From the NCBI GenBank assembly GCA_951406725.2, contig OX597833.1:72540001-72604000 (forward strand): a stretch of 64,000 nucleotides of DNA, given 5' to 3'. Below the pieces are notes generated by a model, which did no database searches, was not told the origin of the DNA, and worked only from the letters and a program-made list of their open reading frames with translations. Origin of the DNA: Octopus vulgaris. Its lineage: Eukaryota. Made by a program: the position numbers and the translations under genes. This document shows positions 53,230 to 64,000 of this stretch, piece by piece. Every line of letters starts with the position of its first letter. Position 1 is the first letter of the stretch.

Positions 53230-54194
53230 CATATTACTCTACCACTGGTATTTGAGTACTCTTTTTTTCCACCTTGTTTCACATTTATGTGTTTACTCCG
53301 GTATATATATATATGTATGTAAGTATGTATGTTTATATATATATGTTGTTGAGCGTAATCTGTTACGATTATCTCTTGATTGTAACTTAGTAACGTAACA
53401 TACTGAAGGCAACTAGTACGTCCATATTGATTATTTTTGTTTTCTTTTTAAAACAGATCATCGGTTAATTGGAAAATATCTTAACGATTAAAACAGAAAA
53501 AAAAAAAAGATTTTTTTCCTAAAACAGTCTAACTCTTATTGATTGCTATTTACTTCCACTGAAGAATGGTGAACTGGCAGAGTCGTTAGCGCGTCGGAGT
53601 AAGATGCTTTAGCAACGTAAGTTTCCGCTCTAAGTTCAAATCCTGCCGAGGTCAACTTAACCAGTTATCTTTTTCGTGGTCCACAAAACAAAGTGACAAT
53701 CAAATACTAAGGTCAATGGAAGCGACTAATTCTCAATAAATTTGCTGGCCTTTTGCCAAAATTGGCAACATTTACCTCCATTCAACACTTACAGGACTTC
53801 CTTCCACAACAAATTCAATATCTTATTGACATCTCATTCAACTGACTCTCCCTCTCTCTCACGTTCTAAAGGCAAGTTTTTGCAACAAATGTCTCATAAT
53901 TTTAGCAATTTAATTAGTTCTTAATGCCTTTATGCTCATACCTACATCATCCATGTCTTTAAGGAATCATCCAGTGATACCTTAATCAAAGCACGAAGTA
54001 ATTGTTCTTTAAATGAATTACACACCATAATAAAAACATAGAATGGCTTTTACGATTACTTCATCCGATGTGTGAGACCATTTGCTGGTCGGATACTAGT
54101 TTTATTATATCTTTAATTCTACCAAACTCCCACCAAACTCCAATTTCTTTCTTCCATCCCTAACATGTATGTGAGGCGCACGTGCGTGAGAACG

Positions 54195-54710
<516 letters not shown>

Positions 54711-54995
54711 TTGATCCGTACAGTTTGAAAAGCAGTCCCAGGTGGAAACTCCAAGTGACTGTTACTTTTAAGCAAATAAATAATCCATTCTATTAAGTAT
54801 TTTACAACAAATGTCTTGGATATGATTAAAATAATTTGAAATATTATTTACTTAGAACGACGGGGAGAATGTGTGGTGCTTGTGAAATTAAATTCCTGTT
54901 GGTGGTTTTCAAGTAAAGATTACTTCCTGTAATGGTCACGTGACTACACATCACCTCCTCCTCCTTTCTTCTCAACCCATCCAAACGCCTTTTCC

Positions 54996-55032
<37 letters not shown>

Positions 55033-55147
55033 GGTGCAATAGCCAAGTTATTTCTAGCCAGGCCAGACTACAGACGTTGCCAAAAAAAAAAAAAAAAAAA
55101 CCACCCACACCATCGATTTTACGTGATCTTTCAAACAATAGAAAACT

Positions 55148-55186
<39 letters not shown>

Positions 55187-55688
55187 CATTTATCTACTGA
55201 TACAAATCTGAAGCCAACATAAGAGCTTATATGTGGTGGCTTGACCAACTAGAGATAACAACCAAATCTCCCTCAAGCTACACCCAACCCTCTTTAAAAG
55301 TAGAATATATTGGCAATAGATACACCCTGTTTAGAAAAAACAATCCAAAGGATATTCTTCTGATCACAGGACTCGTGGACCAATGTTGACCACAATTCGA
55401 TGATCCAACGAGGAAACCTCAACGAAGTCGCTTCGATTTGCTTGAAACAGCAGTCGAATATCCCTCACAATACACCTTACTGTCTAAAAATTACACAGTA
55501 AGTGATGCAGTCCTCGATACTCTATGCCTATGCATCCCACCGTAAATGCTTCCATCCTTGGTCTGCTCGATCAAGGAATTGCAAAAGGCAACCACCACAG
55601 CAAAAATCCACAAGTAACTGTACAAGCCAACCAATCGGCTGGAAAGAACAGGCAAATCTTCGTGAAACCATAACATGTAAAGTACTCA

Positions 55689-55728
<40 letters not shown>

Positions 55729-56049
55729 TATTAAAGAACTGAAGTTAACATATTTTGGTTTATAAAGAGATGTCAAACGGACACATTTTAGACATGTTTA
55801 AGATAAAGATAAAACTTAATACCTTCAACAAATTCAGCTAAAAGTACCAAGAACAACTAATATTCAGCCCAGCTAATTTCTGAAATGTTAACCCCTCAAT
55901 TTCACTAAAACAAAGCTTCACAATAACAAAACTCCGTAAACCAATGAAAAGGCCTCGATTTGGTCGACCACATCTCCCACAAATGTCTATTTAATACAAG
56001 CTTTGCAATGTCGTGGCACGGGGTTCGATAGTAAATTATTTGATTAGTG

Positions 56050-56480
56050 ATAGACCTTGGCATACTCTATAGCAGAGCAAAACTGCAATGCCAGCTTGAG
56101 CTACTTTTTAAAGACATTTAGCAAGTATTAGATGGAAAAAGCTACCGGAGAAAAATGATTTGAAGATGTAGCTTCCTTCAAAGATTCTAAAATCTCCGAA
56201 ACACTAACCTACCACTTTGATATAATGATAAGAAATAGCAACACCACAAATTAAGGAGTTTTGAATCAAATTTATTGGAGATGATAGCCAACTTAAAGTT
56301 CTTCAAATGTATCAACGCCTTGTAAATCTGATATTAAAAACAGAAATAATGCCACCCACTGCAAACATTTGTATTTTCGATAAAACTGAAAACCTCTACG
56401 AAATAGAAATAGCACCTGTAATCAACTACTAAATAACAATACAACCAAACACTATACGGAGACGAATGTCTTCTTATAGT
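56050..56480 (+). mobile_element. Decayed Penelope-like ORF, N-terminal (pre-RT) region
   Basis: Fragments IRWKK, SFESNLLEMIANLKF and FDKTENLYEI resemble the RMRWKA / FExDL...IKF / ADKTxNLY series of this PLE group. Confidence 0.5.
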
Positions 56481-57357
56481 TTTAAGTTGTATTACTATAA
56501 TAATAGATTAAAATGTTTAGCTAAATTTAAAGCGTAACTTTTCGAGATAAAAAGAATTTTACCTTTGACACCAAATGTAAACTAATCCCATTGAAACTGT
56601 GAACGGTTTAACTGGCAAGAAAAATTTAATATTGATCTCAAATTTTGGCACACGGCCAGCAATTTAGTGGGAGGAGGGGGGTAAGCTGATTACATCGATC
56701 CCCACCACTGCTCAACTGGTGCTTCTTTGATCGAAACTCATGCTTGCAAAGCGAACTTCTTAACCACATAACCGTGCCCCTGCCTATCTTTTTGGTTATC
56801 CATTCATATTTTACTCTCAACAAATGTAATTGTTCATCAAAGACCTTCTGGTACCAGTAACAGGTTTCTGTCTGTAACCGACAATCATGAATAAAAACAC
56901 ACACCTGCTCTATCTTTTTATATAATCTCTTTACACATGGAATCCGTTTCATATATGACGCATGGGAAGAATACGCTACGCTCGTTCATCTCTATCTAGA
57001 TACATTCACCTCTCTGTGTAGCTCGTTGATATAAATGTCTCAATCGCTCTAAAATAACTGAAACACTTCATATGAGGAAAATGTGACGAAATAGCTTGAA
57101 GCATCCAGGTGACCAAATTCTTCTTTCGATATGGTACCATTATTGCGAGTTCACTAAAATAAAGAAAAGGCATCAAAGCCCCGGTTTCCCATTTCTCTAA
57201 CTCTGTTTACAGAAACTCACATACTTCGTTCTTTGGTGAGTGTGTGTGTGTATGTGTGTATGCATCTCTCCTCCATCTCTTTCTCTCTCTCGCTCTCTTT
57301 CTCTCATTCTCTCTCTCTTTCTCTCATTCTCTCTCTCTTTCTCTCATTCTCTCTCTG

Positions 57358-57409
<52 letters not shown>

Positions 57410-57756
57410 GTTTGTTTTAATGTTCAATTACGATAAAAGTTTTACATTAACCTGATAGGTTATTCTATAAGTTTGTAGAGTATGAATTTATCATTCTTAA
57501 GCAAGAATGTTGTTGACAGTGACTTCGAAGTTAGTTAAGTCATCGTTGAACTATATATATATATGAGACGAACAAAGATGAACAAAAGACGTAGATAATA
57601 CGTTAATTGCGAAATCACAGGTGATCTGGAACTAAATTCTGTTTTTAAATGTCTTGCTTCGAGAGCTACATTCGGTACGATTCGTTTATTTTTGGTAGTA
57701 ATGACTTTGAAAGTCCCTCCTAGCGTGTGGCATTTATGTGTAATAATGCCCTCTAT

Positions 57757-57825
<69 letters not shown>

Positions 57826-58791
57826 AAAGCGAAACCCTTTCTATAATGATACTGTTATCAAATATCTAAAAGTATTCGGGTCATCGTTTCATTGCCTCTC
57901 CTAAAAATAGGGGAAAACGTCTTTAGTTTCCGAATTTTTTAATTCCATTCACAAGAGTCTCCCGCTGACGTTCCGTTCCCAGGCAGCCTTTATCTAAAGC
58001 GTCTATGTCGGTCTGTTTATCTAGAGGCAATCTCTCCCGCTTCTCAACGAATGTTCCCCAAAATGTGCAAATTCAAAATCATCCCTGAAGTAAAAAAAAA
58101 AGAAAAGTTTTCGACGTTCCCCAGGGGGTAAAACGTCTCCTCTTCTTTCTCTGTCTGTCTGTCTCTCTCCCTCTCGTACACACACACACACACTCTCTCT
58201 CTCTTTCACGCTTATCGCTTTTAGCCAAATCTGTGCGGACACTATATATATATTGGTTTCAAATTTTGGTACAAGGCCAGCAATTTTGAGGGAAGGGGTA
58301 AGTCGATTATATCCACCGCCCCCGCACCATTAGTGTTCAACTAGATTTTATAATCCCAAAAGAGTGAAAGGCAAAGTCGGCCCCAACAGAAACGGACATA
58401 TTAGGACACTGCAATTATTAAAGTTCCTTTACAAAAAACCAGAAAAAGAAATCATATCCCCGAAGTGTCAGGATAGAGTTTCAAACACGGAGGAAAGTCC
58501 AATATTAAGGTATTCTCTGTTTGACTTTTAAATTTGTTTATGTTTATAGAACATTCCAGTATTTATACTCTTGGATTCGGAGTGTTAATTTTTGTAATGT
58601 ATGAAATTGTACATAAATATAAGTACAAGTCCTACTTTGAAATGACCACATGTTGTACGGCCGAACGGCCTTGTGCAAGAAGGATGGACGGACGCCCAAC
58701 ATTTAACGTTTAGAATTAGGTTTATCTTTTTGGTTGCTTCTCTTTTGACTCTGCCTAACACCAGCTTCAGCATCCGAGCAAGATCGGAAGT

Positions 58792-59345
<554 letters not shown>

Positions 59346-59469
59346 AGAGGTTTTGGTATCCAGAAGACCCAGAAGGCAGGTAAGGCCATGTAAGTGCTAC
59401 GGAAGGACCGCTGTTAGACTCCCAGTTCGATAATAGTATGAGTGAGGAGTCTAACGCAGGTAGTGTGTG

Positions 59470-60070
59470 AGCGTGTCTGTGTTAAATAGAATGAGACAAC
59501 ACAGCCAAGGCAGTGTGAATTTTCTAGGACATTTATAAAGAGAAAGGTAGACTTACAGCTGTTTCAGGAAGATAAAAGATATCCCATCATCAGAGCTGAT
59601 ACGAGAGAGTTAACTGGAAGGAAATAGTAAAGTTCAATATAAGAAATTATTTTGGAAAAGGAGAGATGCCGGAAGTTTAAAGGAAAATATGAGAATAAAA
59701 ATAAAAATATATGTTGGCTGTTAAAGTTGCTGTTCCGTTGTCCAAGGAATGTGCTGTGTAGAATGGGTAGAGAGGCTTCTTGTCCATGGTGTGTAAATTC
59801 CGATAGGAGTCCATATTTTGTTATTACAAATGGAAAGTGTGAAGATATTAATCCCATGTGCTGCTGTTCATTCGAAGGGAACTCGTGTAAATCTCTCCCT
59901 TTCCAAAATAACTCCTTACACTGAACTCTACCATTTCCCTCTAGTTAACTCTCTCATATCGTCTCTGATGAAGAGATATCCCTAATATCCCAGAAACTAC
60001 TTTCAGATCATCTTCCCAGACATTTCACCCTGCCTCGGTTTTGTTGTCTCATTTTATTTAACACACACCA
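59470..60070. mobile_element. Inverted pair of diverged Penelope pseudo-LTRs (about 59470-59670 minus, 59885-60070 plus), each with a hammerhead motif
   Basis: The arms align in reverse, e.g. gttaaatagaatgagacaac versus gttgtctcattttatttaac, and gagagttaactgg versus ctagttaactctc. CTGATGA...GAAA cores at 59587-59593 (minus) and 59965-59971 (plus). Confidence 0.75.
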
Positions 60071-60530
60071 TTGTTTGTGACTCATATGAGTGACTCTTTA
60101 TGTAGGACAGACGAAATGAACACTCGTAACCCGGAAACGACCAGGTGAAATGAGTTTTGCTGTTACTTGGCTCGTTCTAAAGAGGGAACTCTAGTAATTT
60201 GACTGGGTAAATTTTGATGTGAACGGAATCCAAGATCATGTTATCCAATATATCCTTTTTGAAGACGGTGGGATAAAATTTGAAGGTAATTTGGCTGCTA
60301 TATCGAGCAGATTGAGTGATCGTGTAGAGATACTCCTGTCGTGTTTTGTTGTACGAAGGTGAAAAGCAGAAAGAAGCCGCACAACAAGCGAACACCGCAC
60401 GAACAACACAGAGACTAATTTGGCTCGGCTGACTCACCAGGTGTGACAAGTGTAATGGATACGTTTTAGTGGTGTTCTTTCAGTCTGTGGAGGATGAGGA
60501 ATAGACAAGGATAAATAGGTAGCAACGTCT

Positions 60531-60580
<50 letters not shown>

Positions 60581-60712
60581 TGATACAGAGGAGAATAAGA
60601 TGAAGTGGAGCCTGGTGTTTAGGTGTTTTGCAAAAGATTACCTGTTGTCATATTTATACATACACTCATACATACATACATACATACATACATACATACA
60701 TACATACATACA

Positions 60713-60743
<31 letters not shown>

Positions 60744-61979
60744 GTGTGTGTGTGTGTGTGTGCAATATATACGCATGTATATAAATATATGTATGTGTAT
60801 CTCGGAATATTCTTTTCTTTCCGGACCTTCCGCTTCCTGGTCACCCCACCTCTTTTTTCCGTCTTACATAGCTCCAGTGGAAGGCTCTTCATTAGGCCCT
60901 GGGCCCAACAATGACACTTCATGCACTGAGTACATATAACATTTTATGAAACTTGACCAATATTTTTCAAGCAATGAACAATTTTCATCAAAACAATGAT
61001 ATAATTTGTCATCTCGGAACTTATTGCAAAGCTGCATGATAAACAATAGAACCACCACCATCGCCACCACATCTGCCATACACACACCATTCAGACTTCT
61101 GACGTCACCGCGATCAATACCTCTGACTTCGCCGCCTTCCCCTCCACCACTGTCACCACTGCCTTTCACATCACTTGCTCTCTGACAGCCTCGGTTGTTA
61201 TGATATGACCGTGATAATCGCTGTTATCCGTGATCGACTGAAGTACTCTCGCTTTTCACTCTATCAAACTGCTTCCTGAACTGAAGAGAAAAATCCTCAC
61301 TTTCATGTCTTCATGCAAAGAAGTTCAAACTACACGCTGACCGAAATACCTTGTGACATTTAATTACATTACCTTACGTTCTCAGTTCAAATCCCTCCAG
61401 AATCGACTTGGATCTTCATATTTTCAGAGATAAAACAACTTATATTATAGTCCCAGTTGACTTCGAATGATGAAGCACAAACTTCAGTCAACTCATAGAC
61501 AACATTTAATCCGGTAAATAAAGTCTACATGACATATTAACTTTTACAAATGATTTAAATAAAAACGCTCATCGTTTATCATGAAAAAACCAAAAAACGA
61601 AACTAAACATGTTCTTACATGCAAATTGTGGTGCAAAGGATTTCAAGAAACACGCCGAACATTTTGTTGTCAAGTCGAACTAAACTAATTTGCTAACAAG
61701 TCAGGCCAAAGTTATTAATACTACCAGAATTTCTCCATTGCGACAAATTTGTCCTAACTTAAGAAATGTTTTCTTTTTCTTATTTGGGAATTACTATTCA
61801 CACAATATGTGTTTAGCCAATGAATTAACGAGGTATCGACGTCATTGTGGATTAAGGGACACTTTTCATTATGGGGCCTGACTGACCATGTTAACGTAGG
61901 ATAATGACAAACAGTATCATTTTAATATGGACACTAAACACCATGTATTGAGTACTTTTTAACTTGTTCGCTACAAACA

Positions 61980-62988
61980 ATGTATGTATGTATGTATGTA
62001 TGTATGTATGTATGTATGATGCATGCATGTATGTATGTATGTAGTGTGTATGTATGTATGTATGTATGTATGTATGTATGTATGTATGTATGTATGTGTG
62101 TCTATGTATGTATGTATGTATGTATGTATGTATGTATGTATGTATGTATGTATGTATGTATGTATGTATGTATGTGTGTCTATGTATGTATGTATGTATG
62201 TATGTATGTATGTATGTATGTATGTGTGTCTATGTATGTATGTATGTATGCATGTATGTATGTATGTATGTATGTATGTATGTATGTATGTGTGTCTATG
62301 TATGTATGTATGTATGTATGTATGTATGTATGTATGTATGTGTGTCTATGTATGTATGTATGTATGTATGTATGTATGTATGTATGTATGTATGTATGTA
62401 TGTATGTATGTATGTATGTATGTATGTGTGTATGTATGCATGTATGTATGTATGTATGTATGTATGTATGTATGTATGTATGTATGTATGTATGTATGTA
62501 TGTATGTATGTATGTATGTATGTATGTATGTATGTATGTATGTATGTATGTATGTATGTATGTATGTATGTATGTATGTGTGTGTGTATGTATGTATGTA
62601 TGTATGTGTGTATGTATGTATGTATGTATGTATGTATGTATGTATGTATGTATGTATGTATGTATGTATGTATGTATGTATGTATGTATGTATGTATGTA
62701 TGTGTGTCTATGTATGTATGTATGTATGTATGTATGTATGTATGTATGCATGTATGTATGTATGTATGTATGTATGTATGTGTGTCTATGTATCTATGTA
62801 TGTATGTATCTATGTATGTATGTGTGTCTATGTATGTATGTATGTATGTATGTATGTATGTATGTATGTATGTGTGTATGTATGTATGTATGTGTGTATG
62901 TATGCATGTGTGTATGTATGTATGTATGTGTGTATGTATGTATGTATGTATGTATGTATGTATGCATGTATGTATGTATGTATGTATG
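61980..62988. repeat. About 1-kb (GTAT)n microsatellite with recurrent gtgtgtctat interruptions
   Basis: Read directly; source of the 300-aa MYVC ORFs. Confidence 0.98.
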
Positions 62989-63547
62989 TCACAGAACCTC
63001 TCAAAACTAGACACCAATATCTAAGTATTGTCCAGGTCTAATTAGGTTATCTTTGAAGAAAACTAAACAATACTAAAATAAGCAGTCCCCATAAAATATG
63101 AATCTGCAAACAATTTCCACTTTACAAGAATGAAGGACAACCCAGAATAACGAAATTAAGGTGTTAAATTCACTCTCAAACAGTATATGTGCATTCCCAT
63201 CATCAGATGTCTAAACGGATATCACTGTGGTTTCGACACTTGGACAGTACCATTCAATTCGGACCGTGTCCACGGCATTAAAACTATAAACGTTGCCAGG
63301 GAACCCACAAATAACAACACAAGAGTAAACGAATAGTGATAACTTGTGACTAGGGAATAGTATCTATAACAAAGAACTTATTCCAAGATGAACATTCACA
63401 CAATATAAATGTACTCGTACAATATGAATTAGTTTAGTCATAGAATTCTTCAGAATTTATCAAGAAAATTTGTTATTGGCTTGGAATAAAGGAAGGACAG
63501 AGACTGAGAGTATGACAGGTTGTGAAGAAGCTGGAGCAATTTTGAAA

Positions 63548-63586
<39 letters not shown>

Positions 63587-63771
63587 ATAGATAAATGAAG
63601 ACAGTTTAATTCCATATTTAGTCCAACGGTATAAAGATCAAGTGTGGACGTAAATGTAAAGAAAGAGAATAAATTTTGAAAATAGAACCACCGAATTTCG
63701 CATTCCGAATAAAAGATAAACATATGTAGGATGTTCATGGTCGAGTATGCGTGTGTGCGTATGTGTGTGTA

Positions 63772-63852
<81 letters not shown>

Positions 63853-64000
63853 ATGCGCGCGTAAGTCTTCTTGGGGGTTCATTCTCCATATAAATAAGTT
63901 GTTATTAGTTGAAGTCCTGGCGGAGAACATGTAACCTTTGAGGTTCTTAAGTATGGTCATCTGGTAAATTGTTTGCAAGGGCCGCCCTACGACCCATCAG

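Noticed and set aside
60864-61295. Minus-strand acceptor-like site near 61280 and a 101-aa ORF
   Set aside because: All three frames hit stops shortly after the acceptor, and the peptide has no recognisable motif.
61980-63041. ORFs over 300 aa (MYVC repeats)
   Set aside because: Microsatellite artefacts.

Overview
AT-rich, microsatellite-dense animal genomic DNA. The SINE, LINE and microsatellite repertoire suggests a coleoid cephalopod, probably Octopus (recognised by eye, not database-confirmed). Only one convincing protein-coding exon is present: a minus-strand, start-codon-bearing exon (571-1431) encoding a 264-aa Ser/Tyr/Arg-rich disordered N-terminus, in a gene that runs off the left edge. 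The rest appears to be that gene's long 5' introns and upstream DNA, with two candidate non-coding first exons (about 17.7 kb and 41.0 kb) and a visible shift from CpG-depleted to CpG-retaining sequence near 39 kb. It is filled with mariner, Helitron, RTE-type LINE and Penelope remnants, tRNA-derived SINEs and long simple repeats, which account for almost all of the ORF track. The most interesting signals are RNA-level. First, several minimal hammerhead-ribozyme motifs sit in Penelope-like termini, including a near-perfect 154-bp fold-back at 53.1 kb with a hammerhead on each strand. Second, a TSD-flanked head-to-tail SINE multimer at 45.3-46.0 kb has junctions that suggest circular-RNA or template-jump copying.
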